Shown: piece after piece, positions 1 through 10,862 of the stretch
Layout of the letters: every line of letters begins with the position of its first letter
Numbering within the stretch: position 1 is the stretch's first letter
Origin: Tortispora ganteri
Taxonomy: Eukaryota
Assembly (NCBI GenBank): GCA_003707115.1
Contig: PPNB01000015.1
Location: forward strand, 62,001-126,000
Length of the DNA: 64,000 nucleotides
Direction: 5' to 3'
Program-made: the position numbers and the translations under genes
Notes under the pieces: model-generated
What the model was told of the DNA's origin: nothing
The model's input: only the letters and a program-made list of their open reading frames with translations
Databases searched by the model: none

Positions 1-1
1 T

Positions 2-2143
2 GCTATTAATTCTTCAATAAGAAGAGAAGAAAGGCAACAAAAATTGATGGAAAAGGTTGCCGATGATGCTGAAGACGATGACACTTCGGAGCAATATGCT
101 CCAAGGTTCAACTCATCTTCGGCAAAGGTCAAAAAATATACCCGTCAGGAGATAAACGAACAAAGGAAGAATCTACCTGTTTATGAATGGCGAAGCACCA
201 TTATCAAGGCTGTCAAAGACAACCAGTTCCTAATAGTAATTGGAGAAACTGGTTCCGGAAAGTCGACTCAGATTACACAATACCTTGCAGAGGCAGGTTT
301 CTCTGACAAAGGTATCATTGGGTGCACTCAACCTCGTCGAGTGGCTGCTATATCAGTAGCTACTCGCGTTGCTGAGGAAGTTGGGTGTCGTGTTGGAGAA
401 GAAGTTGGATATACTATCAGATTTGAAGACGTGACAAGTCCTTCAACTGAGATCAAGTATATGACAGATGGTATGCTTCAACGTGAGATTCTACTAGACC
501 CTCTGCTTGCGAAGTATTCTGTTATTATGCTGGACGAAGCTCACGAACGTACAATTGCGACTGATATCTTGTTTGCGTTGCTTAAGAAAGCTGCCAAAAA
601 GAGGCCTGATCTGCGCATTATTGTAACCTCTGCTACTTTAGAAGCATCAAAATTTTCTGAATACTTTTACAAGAGCAATATTTTATACATAAAAGGTCGA
701 ACACATCCGGTGGAGATTCTGTATTCTTCCGAACCTGAGCCTGATTACCTTTCTATGGCGCTCTTGACTGTGATGCAAATTCACGAATCTGAACCACCAG
801 GGGATATTCTCGTCTTCCTAACTGGTCAAGAAGAAATTGATACAGGAGTAGAGATGTTACGGAGAAAGGCAAGGACTCTTCCGCCTGGCTTGTTAGACTT
901 AGTTGTGCTGCCGGTTTATGCATCGCTGCCGAGTGAAATGCAGACAAAGATTTTTGATCCAGCTCCACGGGGATCACGCAAAGTGGTTCTCGCTACAAAC
1001 ATAGCTGAAACTTCTATTACTATTGATGGAATTTACTACGTAATTGATACTGGATTTACAAAAGTCAATGCATTTGACCCAAAGCTTGGAATGGACTCCC
1101 TAGTGATTACACCTATCTCTCAAGCGCAAGCTAATCAACGTGCTGGTCGTGCTGGTCGTACAGGACCAGGAAAGTGCTATAGGCTTTATACCGAACAGGC
1201 ATTTCAGGTTGAAATGCTTCCTACTTCTGTTCCAGAGATCCAACGTAAGAACCTGGCCAATACAGTTCTATTGCTTAAGGCTATGGGGATTAATGATTTA
1301 GTTCATTTTGACTTTATGGATCCTCCGCCGACTAATGCTGTTGTCGGCGCATTAGAAGAGCTCTATCAGCTGGGGGCTCTTGATGAGGAGGGTTTACTAA
1401 CTCGGATTGGCAGAGAAATGGCTGAGTTTCCCATGGAACCAGCCCTAGCTAAATCTCTCCTGACTTCAGTCGAGTTGAAATGCTCCGATGAGATCCTTAC
1501 TATCATAGCAATGATATCAGTTCAGGGGGTATTTCACCGTCCTAAAGAGAAGGCCTCTCAGGCTGATTCAAGAAAGGCACGATTCGATGATCCACATGGA
1601 GATCACTTCACTCTTTTAAATGTGTTTAAATCTTGGCAGAAAAACCACAAATCTGAAGCGTGGTGCCATGAAAATTTTATCAATAGCCGCAGTCTGCGAC
1701 GTGCTGAAGATATTCGAAAACAACTCATTTCTATCCTTAGACGGTATAAGATGAATGTTTCGAGTAGCTCTAATCAGACTGAACTCATTACGCGCTGCAT
1801 TTGTGCCGGGTTCTTCCGGAATGCTGCTCGCCGTGATCCTCAAGAAGGCTATAAAACACTTTTGGAAAATACTCCTGTGTATATGCACCCCTCAAGTTCG
1901 CTGTACTCCAAACAGCCATCATATGTGATATACCACACGCTGATGTATACTACCAAGGAATACATGCATTATACGACTAGCATTGAGCCAAAATGGCTAC
2001 TTGAAGCTGCACCTCATTTCTTCAAAACCGGTGATGGAACTAAGGTGAGCAAATTCAAGAAATCTCAGAAACTTCAGCCGCTATTCTCGAGGATTAATAG
2101 CGAGAAGGGTGATTGGCGCGCTCCGCGAAGAGGTAAGAGGTAA
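2..2143 (+). CDS. PRP22: DEAH-box spliceosomal RNA helicase Prp22 (5' end lies outside the window)
   Basis: Motifs [23 protein letters not shown], the HA2/OB C-terminus and [10 protein letters not shown]. The frame is open back to position 2, so the gene continues upstream. Confidence 0.93.
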   Translation, partial: AINSSIRREERQQKLMEKVADDAEDDDTSEQYAPRFNSSSAKVKKYTRQEINEQRKNLPVYEWRSTIIKAVKDNQFLIVIGETGSGKSTQITQYLAEAGFSDKGIIGCTQPRRVAAISVATRVAEEVGCRVGEEVGYTIRFEDVTSPSTEIKYMTDGMLQREILLDPLLAKYSVIMLDEAHERTIATDILFALLKKAAKKRPDLRIIVTSATLEASKFSEYFYKSNILYIKGRTHPVEILYSSEPEPDYLSMALLTVMQIHESEPPGDILVFLTGQEEIDTGVEMLRRKARTLPPGLLDLVVLPVYASLPSEMQTKIFDPAPRGSRKVVLATNIAETSITIDGIYYVIDTGFTKVNAFDPKLGMDSLVITPISQAQANQRAGRAGRTGPGKCYRLYTEQAFQVEMLPTSVPEIQRKNLANTVLLLKAMGINDLVHFDFMDPPPTNAVVGALEELYQLGALDEEGLLTRIGREMAEFPMEPALAKSLLTSVELKCSDEILTIIAMISVQGVFHRPKEKASQADSRKARFDDPHGDHFTLLNVFKSWQKNHKSEAWCHENFINSRSLRRAEDIRKQLISILRRYKMNVSSSSNQTELITRCICAGFFRNAARRDPQEGYKTLLENTPVYMHPSSSLYSKQPSYVIYHTLMYTTKEYMHYTTSIEPKWLLEAAPHFFKTGDGTKVSKFKKSQKLQPLFSRINSEKGDWRAPRRGKR

Positions 2144-2274
2144 AGATCATTATAAAGAATTTATGAAATGTTATGATTAATTTCAAATTAATAGTATTGT
2201 GTATATTATTTGCTTTTTCTTTTTTTTTTTTCCTGGATGTTCTTTTATCCTATCCTTTCGTAAATCGGCCGAAT

Positions 2275-3501
2275 TTAGCGGTTCATTCTACGACCACGTG
2301 AAATAGCAGGCAGTTTCACAGGGAAAGACAGTTCGGCAATTGTGATGCGACTATCGAGGGGCATTTCAAGAGCTTCAAGTTGTGTTTTAGTAGCAGGAGC
2401 TACATTTGCACCTACTTGTTTAGCGATAGAGGATATTCTAGACGTTGGCAGCATGATCTGTTTTGCGAAATTAGTTACATCAAGGAATCCGTCAAGTTTC
2501 AGACACAAGACAATTAGTGCAGCCAGCAAACGATCTTCATTGCGAGGGTCAATTACTTGTCTATTTTTGCCATTGACCAGTTTGTCTGTGGTATATGTGT
2601 CGAGTATATGGCTAAGCAAATGCATAGGTGGGTTTTTTAGTTTATTGGACAGTGATTTCGGATTGATGTTGTATCGCGCGTGGTACAGTCCAATAAATAA
2701 TGCTATACAGTATAGTAAGCGAACCTTATCCTGATCAAGCTGATGCTTTTGGTTAATTAGTTCTTGCTCTGCCAGTCGTTCTAGGCGAGAAGAGAGGTAT
2801 TGAGACGGTACGTTGCAGGGTAGAAGGGCCAAACGAGCAGCGATTCCATTTGTCTCGGCAATAATAATATTTGCCTGTATTGATTTCCAGCAATTTTCAG
2901 GAATGATACCGTAAGTAGGGTAGACTTCATCAATACTGGTTCCGTCTAGGTTGATAGGAGGAATAATACGATCTTGGGCGATGTCTTCCTGGATCGACGA
3001 CCGATCAGGGAGATTTTCGGTAGCCTGATTCACCGCAGAAACGATCGATTCTTCGAGCACTGAATTTGCACTTGCATCAATAGCATTTCTTTGAGCATCT
3101 GATATAGCTTTTTGCGCCTTTTTGGTACCGAAAGCAGCACCTAGAGCAGTTCTTTGCTCGTAATAAGTAGCCATATTATCCTTCTCTTGTGCTTGCTTTT
3201 TCATGCCAGCGAGTTTCCGCCTTTTGATCACAGGATGTACTAGGAAAGTAGACGTAGGCGCAAACTCCAAATTATGTGACTCCGGATCAAATATAGCAAT
3301 GTGATTCTCATTAGAATCTACAGGACTGGCAATATATTCAATGTCTTCAGACTCACCATGAATAATGTATGAGTTATCATTAGAGCTTGATTTCTTATTC
3401 TTGTAAACCGAGAATACGGCATCATTAGGTTTATCTGTTCCTTTAAAAACGGTTAAAAACCCTTTTGCATGACTTAATTTACTTGCTTTCAATGAAGGCA
3501 T
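2275..3501 (-). CDS. RPA49: RNA polymerase I subunit A49
   Basis: 408-aa ORF with the R.ALG.AFGTKKAQKAI motif and the IPP.N....I..VY segment typical of A49/PAF53. Confidence 0.9.
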   Translation of the reverse strand: MPSLKASKLSHAKGFLTVFKGTDKPNDAVFSVYKNKKSSSNDNSYIIHGESEDIEYIASPVDSNENHIAIFDPESHNLEFAPTSTFLVHPVIKRRKLAGMKKQAQEKDNMATYYEQRTALGAAFGTKKAQKAISDAQRNAIDASANSVLEESIVSAVNQATENLPDRSSIQEDIAQDRIIPPINLDGTSIDEVYPTYGIIPENCWKSIQANIIIAETNGIAARLALLPCNVPSQYLSSRLERLAEQELINQKHQLDQDKVRLLYCIALFIGLYHARYNINPKSLSNKLKNPPMHLLSHILDTYTTDKLVNGKNRQVIDPRNEDRLLAALIVLCLKLDGFLDVTNFAKQIMLPTSRISSIAKQVGANVAPATKTQLEALEMPLDSRITIAELSFPVKLPAISRGRRMNR

Positions 3502-3939
3502 TGTTTTCGACTCTATTTCTCAGATTTTTTATGATATTTTTCTGCAAAGTCTAGGGTAAATGCAAGGTTTTTTCTCCTGTTCCTTGGGAGTTCCCTACTT
3601 TTTCGACCATTATCTGATCTCGAAACTACATCTTCGGAATCATGTATTCTTTATCGGAAACTGCAAAAGACTGATGATATTTCTGGGTGATTTTCATGTA
3701 TGATCAACGAATATTCAAGTGTTAGAATTTATGTCGTATGTACTAGTCTTTCAACCGAACATTAGTGTATAGCGCGTCTCAATGGGTAGCTTGTAAGGAG
3801 ACGTAAAGCGCGCTAACATTCTTCGCCTATTTAAATTTTTAAAACTAAATTAAGTATATTCGATGCTATTTTTTTGAATATACTATTCAGAGATCATCCC
3901 TTGCCTTGTTGTTTAATCGCTATTCGTGCGATAGATTAA

Positions 3940-3945
3940 CACGTG
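3940..3945. promoter_or_regulatory. CACGTG E-box (candidate Pho4/NUC-1 site) upstream of BTA1
   Basis: Palindrome AACACGTGTT at 3938-3947. A second, CACGTT-type site (AACGTG) lies at 4284-4289. Confidence 0.5.
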
Positions 3946-4362
3946 TTGTGCGGCTCAGATTTTATTTCTAATTCAGACACACTCCCAAACTTACGAAACC
4001 GTCATATATCTGGTCAACTATTCATGTATATGGCATATTTCGCTGGTAAGCAGCACTGTATAAGTATTGCTAATAAACCTGGATACTTTTTTGAGTATTT
4101 CTATAAATCTATTATTATTTTGAGTGCATCTATTTGCTTTTTTGCGAGAAGACAAGAGTAAAAAGTTGCCAAAATAAAGTTCACGAAACAGTTGACAGTT
4201 AAGTGTGGCAGCCAATCAAATAAATTAATCGAGGCACGCTTGAATATTCATAAGAATTATTAGATAGCTAGATTAATACTAGAAACGTGGTATTCAGATC
4301 CTGTATTAAAAGGTGCAGCTCTTATTCCTAGACTTGTTTCTTCTTTTTACCTACTGTTGAAA

Positions 4363-6597
4363 ATGTTCTTGATATCATTTCTGTCACTCCTTATAGTACA
4401 TGTAAAGACAATTTTACTGTTCTCGTATGGTTGCTTTGTAAAACCATTGATTGGTGGAAGTAGCTCTAAGGGTTCATATAACCAGCAAGAGATGCTGGAG
4501 TCATTCTATTCTGTTCAAGCTGATATATATGACGCCAGTCGTGCACGGCTCCTGAAAGGCCGTGAAGACATGCTTCAGCTTTTGGTATCCCATCTCCAGC
4601 AAAAAAGAGATCTCATCTGGATTGATATTGGAGCCGGTACTGGGTTGAACGCAGATTCTATGAACAAAATTCTGCCGTTGAAGTCTCATTTTAAGGCCGT
4701 GTATCTAGTAGACTTATCGTCTTCACTGTGTCAGGTTGCTCAAAGAAAGTATAGACATTATGACAATGTTCATATAATCTGCGCTGACGCATGTAGCTTC
4801 TCAATTGATGACTTTGAACAAAACTCCGCTCATTTAATCACTTTCGCTTACTCGATTTCAATGATCCCCGCATTCTATGCCGCTATTGAACACTCCTTAC
4901 TGAACTTCCTCGACCCTTCTGGTATGCTAGGAGTAGTCGATTTTGGAGTTCAGAAGCCCTCTAACGCAATTGACCGCGTAGATGTCGTTGGCGGACTGCG
5001 GAACCGGGCACAGAATTGGATCATGCGCACTTTCTGGTACACTTGGTTCGATATAGACAATGTACATCTTGACTCGGCTAGACGCGATTACCTTGAATAT
5101 CGCTGTGGTACCATAAAGTCTTTGAATTGTAAAAACAACTTCTGGTACGGTATTAAGATCCCTTACTATATCTGGATTGGAACTCAAGCCAAGACGAACC
5201 CTGAACTGTTGTGGCGTTTGAATTCTCTGGCTTGTGAATCTCCATACTTGGCGCCTCCTACTGAAGTTGATTCTAGTTCCATTCAAAACAACTTAATGAT
5301 CCCCGTTTCAAAAGGGCTTGAAGCAGCGCAACGAAACCAGGAAAAGGGGCTTCCGTATCCTTCACTGTTTTATCAAAAAGAAGTTTGGCGTGTCTATTAT
5401 GACGAACTAGACCCTTTGAATAGACAGTTCAAAGATCAATATATCTATGCCTTCACCTGGGAAGACCCACGTGAAGACCAGGCTATTCTCAATATGAATT
5501 CGACTGACGTTGTGCTTGCAATCACCTCTGGCGGTGATAATCTTCTGGATTATGCCCTGATTCCTAATCCGCCTCGTCGCATTCACGGCGTAGATCTCAA
5601 TCCTTGCCAGGGCCACTTGGCTGAGCTAAAATTGGCGGCAATACGCTCTCTGAGCTACGATCAGGTGTGGAGCTTGTTTGGCACAGGAAAATCAGAAGAG
5701 TTCCGTGAATTGCTTCTCAGCAAGCTTTCACCTCATTTGTCGTCACAGGCAATGCAGTATTGGTTTGAAAATGGAGAAAATTTCTTCCAAAATGATGGCC
5801 TGTACTATCAGAGCGGAAACACAAGATGGGCCTTGAAGTTGTGCAGAGCAGTTGCAAAGTACACAGGTATGGAAGAGAGTATAGACAGGCTGTGCTCGTG
5901 CGAGACTCTGGAAGAGCAAAAGAAGTTGTGGCAAGAAAACATTCGTCCGATGCTGTTCAACAAGGTAGTCACTAGACTCATTATTAGCAATCCAATATTT
6001 CTCTGGAAAGCAGCAGGAGTGCCGGTGAATCAAGCAGATTTGATAGATTCGAGTCTATTGCAGTATATTATCGATACTCTTGACCCGCTTATTGACCGAT
6101 CATTGGTGTCCAAGGACAATTATTTCTATTATCTGACACTGAAGGGGCATTATACGCATGATAACTGTCCGAGCTACTTAAAAGAAGAGTCATATAACAA
6201 GCTTCATAAAGCTGATTCTCCTTTGGACAGGATCCGTCTTCATACAGATACGCTGGTGAATGTTTCCGAGCGATTGGCTTCTAAAAGTCTCAGCATTGCG
6301 ATTATCATGGACCATATGGATTGGTTTGATCCTAAAGGACAGGATGCAATTAGTGAGATCAAAGCGCTTTACAGTGCATTGAGACCTTCTGGTTGCGTTA
6401 TGTTGCGTTCAGCGTCGACCAAACCATGGTACATAGACACTTTTGAGGAGAACGGGTTCAAATGCGAAGCAGCAGCTGTCCGTCTTCCTGGTGAAAGTAT
6501 TGACAGAGTCAATATGTACGCTAGCACATGGCTCTGCAAGAAACCCGAGAAAGACGAATCTAGGATAAGTTCTATCTCATTGGCTGATTTTAGTTGA
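4363..6597 (+). CDS. BTA1: Bifunctional betaine lipid (DGTS) synthase (BtaB-like methyltransferase fused to BtaA/DUF3419)
   Basis: LESFYSVQADIYDASRARLLKGRE, SAM motif WIDIGAGTG, YAFTWEDPRED, AITSGGDN, VDLNPCQ, MDHMDWF and DRVNMYAS. First ATG is at 4363; the track start at 4357 is a TTG. Confidence 0.92.
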   Translation: MFLISFLSLLIVHVKTILLFSYGCFVKPLIGGSSSKGSYNQQEMLESFYSVQADIYDASRARLLKGREDMLQLLVSHLQQKRDLIWIDIGAGTGLNADSMNKILPLKSHFKAVYLVDLSSSLCQVAQRKYRHYDNVHIICADACSFSIDDFEQNSAHLITFAYSISMIPAFYAAIEHSLLNFLDPSGMLGVVDFGVQKPSNAIDRVDVVGGLRNRAQNWIMRTFWYTWFDIDNVHLDSARRDYLEYRCGTIKSLNCKNNFWYGIKIPYYIWIGTQAKTNPELLWRLNSLACESPYLAPPTEVDSSSIQNNLMIPVSKGLEAAQRNQEKGLPYPSLFYQKEVWRVYYDELDPLNRQFKDQYIYAFTWEDPREDQAILNMNSTDVVLAITSGGDNLLDYALIPNPPRRIHGVDLNPCQGHLAELKLAAIRSLSYDQVWSLFGTGKSEEFRELLLSKLSPHLSSQAMQYWFENGENFFQNDGLYYQSGNTRWALKLCRAVAKYTGMEESIDRLCSCETLEEQKKLWQENIRPMLFNKVVTRLIISNPIFLWKAAGVPVNQADLIDSSLLQYIIDTLDPLIDRSLVSKDNYFYYLTLKGHYTHDNCPSYLKEESYNKLHKADSPLDRIRLHTDTLVNVSERLASKSLSIAIIMDHMDWFDPKGQDAISEIKALYSALRPSGCVMLRSASTKPWYIDTFEENGFKCEAAAVRLPGESIDRVNMYASTWLCKKPEKDESRISSISLADFS

Positions 6598-6751
6598 AAG
6601 GTTCGAACAATTCATGTTTGCACAATGTGCAGTCCTACGTCGAGAATAAGTCAGTGTGTGTGAAACAAAGTGAAAGAAGAAAAAAAAAGACAATCCTTTT
6701 TCAATTATGTATATATGTTAGATGACCGTAAATGCGTTTTAATGAGCAAAT

Positions 6752-7450
6752 CTAATGATCGCGCAGTCTAGCTTCAATACCAGCCTTTTGGGCTTGCTTG
6801 ACCTCACGCACTTCGTCCTGCGTGGCGTCATAGGCTACATTTGCCTGGTTGAAAGGATTTTCAGGTGATTTTTCAAACTCTTTCCTTATGAGTTCTTTGT
6901 ACTGGTTAAGTCTTAGCCCTTTGTGTTCCTCCTTGAGCTCAGGAAGACGTCGTTCTTCGAAAGCGGCAAAAGCAGCTTTAAATCGTCTTTCTGGATGTCT
7001 GTCAATTCCCCCGGCATTTCTCGAGGCATATCCAGGACCAGATGAAGCACCTTCCGCTTGCTTGATACCGGATATAGATAGGGCGTCTAACGCATTGTCA
7101 ATACCGCTCGCGCTGATCGAAGCAGCTTTATTAAGCCCTGGTGTGGAAGCCATGTTTTTAGCTTCACGTTTTTTAGCTACTTTGTCAGACCCTCTATTAG
7201 TCGGCTTGCTTGGCATAGATTTCTCTTCTTCTGCAAGCATAGCATCGCGTTCCGCTTTCTTCCTGCTCAGTTCGGCTTTCTTCTGAGCTTCGGCTTCTTT
7301 CTTGGACATACCTTTCGCGCCTTTAGACCACTCGGCATCTTCGACAGCCTTCACCTTTGCATCTTGTTCCGCTTGCTTTTTTGCCGCAGCTTCCGCCTTT
7401 TTTGCATTGCCTGCTGCTTTTTTTGAGTTCTCTCCGCCCTTCTTTGCCAT
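6752..7450 (-). CDS. LSO2: CCDC124/Lso2/Oxs1-family ribosome-associated coiled-coil protein
   Basis: Lys/Ala-rich N-terminus GENSKKAAGNAKKAE and C-terminal IDRHPERRFKAAF...LRLNQ...SPENPFN. Confidence 0.85.
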   Translation of the reverse strand: MAKKGGENSKKAAGNAKKAEAAAKKQAEQDAKVKAVEDAEWSKGAKGMSKKEAEAQKKAELSRKKAERDAMLAEEEKSMPSKPTNRGSDKVAKKREAKNMASTPGLNKAASISASGIDNALDALSISGIKQAEGASSGPGYASRNAGGIDRHPERRFKAAFAAFEERRLPELKEEHKGLRLNQYKELIRKEFEKSPENPFNQANVAYDATQDEVREVKQAQKAGIEARLRDH

Positions 7451-7686
7451 TTTACGTTACGAATTCCTTGGTTCTATCCAAATTCTGTAGTCGAGAAAGT
7501 CGATTCTTGAGAAAAGTTGCCATAGTGATATACCTTCCGCGATACCTCACTCCACAGGTGGATCCAAACTGTTCTCGAGAATTATCTTTTACCACCGCTA
7601 ATACCTCTAATAGTCACTAGAAACTCGTGTAAGACTCCCATCGAGCAGAAATAACTTATAATCTGCCAGTTTTGAATATTTTAACC

Positions 7687-8022
7687 ATGGAAATGAGACA
7701 CAGAAGTGAGCGCAAAAAGTGCTGGGATAAGAGAGACGCTTACTTTGCATGCTTAGCAAATCATAATATCGAGCCTACAAGACTAGTGGAAACTAAAGAG
7801 ATTATTAAAAAAGGGTCGAAACGACCGATTAGAGATACAGTATCAGTATCTGAGGTAATTGACAATAATGGAAAGCCTGTATGCTCAAAAGAAAACAAAG
7901 AGATGGAAGAAAACTGCATAGCTTCATGGGTTGACTATTTTAAACAAAAGCACGCTGCAGACTACCGAAGGCAAATGGCTATTGCAGAACTAGAACGCCA
8001 AGGTGCAGCTAAATTCTCGTAG
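7687..8022 (+). CDS. COA6: Cytochrome c oxidase assembly factor Coa6 (COX6B-like)
   Basis: RSERKKCWDKRDAYFACL followed by C...C.ASWVDYF. First ATG is at 7687. Confidence 0.85.
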   Translation: MEMRHRSERKKCWDKRDAYFACLANHNIEPTRLVETKEIIKKGSKRPIRDTVSVSEVIDNNGKPVCSKENKEMEENCIASWVDYFKQKHAADYRRQMAIAELERQGAAKFS

Positions 8023-8226
8023 ATGATATTTCATCGCATCTACAATTGTAAATAAGGACTCGCGGGTTTTAAAATGTATTATGTCTTATACATTTCAGTT
8101 ACATACTCTGTAATGTAAGCGAGTATTAGTCATAATCTATCAAATAATAAGCTATGCTTTCAAACTATGCACCTCTAATTTACCTCTTTTGATTTTTCCT
8201 ATCTATAGGTATACCAGAAATGTTCT

Positions 8227-9792
8227 CTATCCTTTTAGTGTTTGCGAATCTTTACTCGATGCATGATCGTTTAGGTTATTGACAGCAACATCAGCTTCTC
8301 GCTTCCCCTGCTCAAGTTTACTGCCATTAGCATCTTGAGAGTTGTTTTCCACAGATAAAGGTTGTGTGGGCAGACAATACGGTGCTGGGCTATAGTATTG
8401 TGGGACGTGTGAATAATGCATGAATCCAGCATGATATGGAATATGGTGGAGATTTCGGGAGTAAGATGAAGACGAAGAACTGGCAGTCGATCCAGATGAC
8501 TGTGGCGTGTATTGTATCATTGGATACATATTCTGCGCCGCATGAGGGTTGCTAGTTAGATTGTAAACTAACGGTGTAGTCCCTGGAAGAGACGATGAGG
8601 TGTGAGGAATCGGATACCCCATATGCAAGAGGGAATTCTTATAAGGATCATATCCCATATCTGTCATGGATTGAAGTTCAGATGACACAGTATTTCTCTG
8701 AATAACATCTTGCTCTCGTGATTCTGATAAATACCTGTCGCTTCTCGGTGCACAAATGCCGGCTGGATTTGTATGGCGGGAATTCCTAGAGGAACTTAGC
8801 GAATGATGCCTGCGATGCTGAGGATAAATCATCGGCGGATAGTTTATATATGGTATATTCGTGAAAGTGGCACTTGTGTTGAGCAACTCGTATGGGTGAC
8901 CGTGCGAATATGCATGCGAAAGAGTGTGTAACTGTTGTCCTACCGGCGATTGCTCGTGATTCCAACAGCCACTGGCTTCAGTGTTGGCCTTTGAGCTCTG
9001 TAAAGCAGCAGCAGATATTGGTATCTTGTACATTTTATAATGTTTTGGTTCATTCACTTCAGCGCGTTTGCTGGTATGATGCTTTTTCGGTCCTTGGGCA
9101 CGTACGACTTTTGGACATACCTCTTTGTGCTGTATTGCTTTGAATTTCTTTTTATCAGCATTCTTTGTCAATACTGGAGAGGATATAATTTCTGACGATA
9201 GTCTTTTATGAGTCTCATAGGACAATGCAGGGTATATTTCTTTTGATATTTTAATTTCTGAGAAGAAGATGTCATTGCTTGGAGGGACGAATGAGTTGTT
9301 TAGCAACAATTCAAGATCAGAATATGCTATCAAATGGATGCGAGCTTCCTCGGAAGTGGATATAGAAAAGGACTGCTTGATAAGACCGCCAGGAAGAATG
9401 CGATATCCATCAGGTAATGGGGGAATTTTTAGCAACTCCTCGTGTTCTGGCATGTCAGCTGAACTTCTGGCTGCTATGGCGTGCTGCATATCACAATCTT
9501 CAAGGAACGAAGACCTGTAGGGCGGGCGTAGCTCAATCTCGCGGTAAACAAGGAAGCCACCAGTGAGACGAGATGATGACCATGATTTACCATCTGTCCA
9601 TCTTTTGATGTCTGCCTCAGCCTCATCCCATATGAATATAGAGCCTGGACGGATTAGCGAACGTTCTTCTGATATTAGCCTGCGCTTTATTTTTGGAATT
9701 TTTCCTATTCTTGCCGCTTCTATCAACAGTATGGCATCCATCGTTGTTCTGAGCGAACCATAGTACGACTCAGCGCCGATTATTTGGAGCAT
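8227..9792 (-). CDS. WOPR (Gti1/Pac2) family transcription factor, Pac2-type
   Basis: WOPRa box DAILLIEAARIG...RRL...IFIWDEAEADIKRWTDGKSWSSSR...FLVYRE and WOPRb box GLIKQSFSI...HLIAY, followed by a low-complexity S/P/H/Y tail. Confidence 0.9.
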   Translation of the reverse strand: MLQIIGAESYYGSLRTTMDAILLIEAARIGKIPKIKRRLISEERSLIRPGSIFIWDEAEADIKRWTDGKSWSSSRLTGGFLVYREIELRPPYRSSFLEDCDMQHAIAARSSADMPEHEELLKIPPLPDGYRILPGGLIKQSFSISTSEEARIHLIAYSDLELLLNNSFVPPSNDIFFSEIKISKEIYPALSYETHKRLSSEIISSPVLTKNADKKKFKAIQHKEVCPKVVRAQGPKKHHTSKRAEVNEPKHYKMYKIPISAAALQSSKANTEASGCWNHEQSPVGQQLHTLSHAYSHGHPYELLNTSATFTNIPYINYPPMIYPQHRRHHSLSSSRNSRHTNPAGICAPRSDRYLSESREQDVIQRNTVSSELQSMTDMGYDPYKNSLLHMGYPIPHTSSSLPGTTPLVYNLTSNPHAAQNMYPMIQYTPQSSGSTASSSSSSYSRNLHHIPYHAGFMHYSHVPQYYSPAPYCLPTQPLSVENNSQDANGSKLEQGKREADVAVNNLNDHASSKDSQTLKG

Positions 9793-10074
9793 CGTTTAGA
9801 TGACGGTCGATTATTGCAGTGAATGTCTATGGACGCTGCAGCACTTGATTGTATGAGAGTTTACGGTATAAGCCAGAAATCTTATGAAAAGTCTAGAGGA
9901 GTAGCGATAAGCACAAGACCCCTATAATTTTGAGGTAAGGGGGATGATAGTGACAGATTAACAATAGGTCTAAAGAAAGACAGTTAGGGAGAAGTATCTT
10001 ATGAGCTGCGAAGCATGTACCGTTAAATAGCAATAAGAAACACGTTTGAAGTAAGTGAAGGAATAAAAATACAG

Positions 10075-10862
10075 AGTTTGACTAGCCATTCTGCGTATGC
10101 AAAGACCAGCATAGGGAGGAAAAACATCTAGTCAAACTCAATGAAAATCGCTTAATGAAAGTCTAACCGTTGTCGGCCTAAGTAAAGTTATTGAGTTAGA
10201 CTTAAAGCACCATAGTTTAAAAATGATTAAGGTTCCGGAAGTTGCTCTCAATCTCATAAACCAGATTTCATGAATGGTACATGCGAATCTTGAATGACTA
10301 CAGAGTTTGAGTAATCGAGTATCCACGCAGATCGTAAATAATATATGAGTTTTCGTATCCTCATATTAAATAACACAATTATATGACTGTATAAAATGCA
10401 CCTCGTTTTTTACTTGACAATGAATATATCAACATTGCAGTTAGCTTCATGCAAAGTCTAACATGTAGCCCTTAACCGTAAATTGACTAGTCAAACTACA
10501 CAAACTTACTCCTAATAAGCTAAACAAGGGGATTAAAAAAGGATCAAAACGTTATTATATATATTATATTTACTTAAATATCCAAATATTACTACAATAA
10601 ATAGATAACATAGCAATATAGTCACTAATATTGTAAGTATATTATATTTATGTTGTATATATCGAGCAATTGTGCACTAATTTTGATCGATCGCGAACGT
10701 GAAAAACAAGCAGACAATGTGGTTCAAGGAATGTCTAGTCAAACTGCAAAAACTCAAAATGTGTATAACATAATGCTTAGATAGCCTTAAAAAAATGTAT
10801 AACTGTATTATCTGCAAAGAACTAGTCAAGATAAATAAAAATACTTGATATTAGTTGACTAG
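10075..10862. promoter_or_regulatory. Array of AGTCWAAC / CTAGTCAAACT motifs upstream of the WOPR gene
   Basis: Exact CTAGTCAAACT at 10075-10085 (rc), 10128-10138, 10487-10497 and 10735-10745. AAGTCTAAC at 10159-10167, 10195-10203 (rc) and 10454-10462. Partial copies at 10822-10829 and 10855-10862. Confidence 0.7.
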
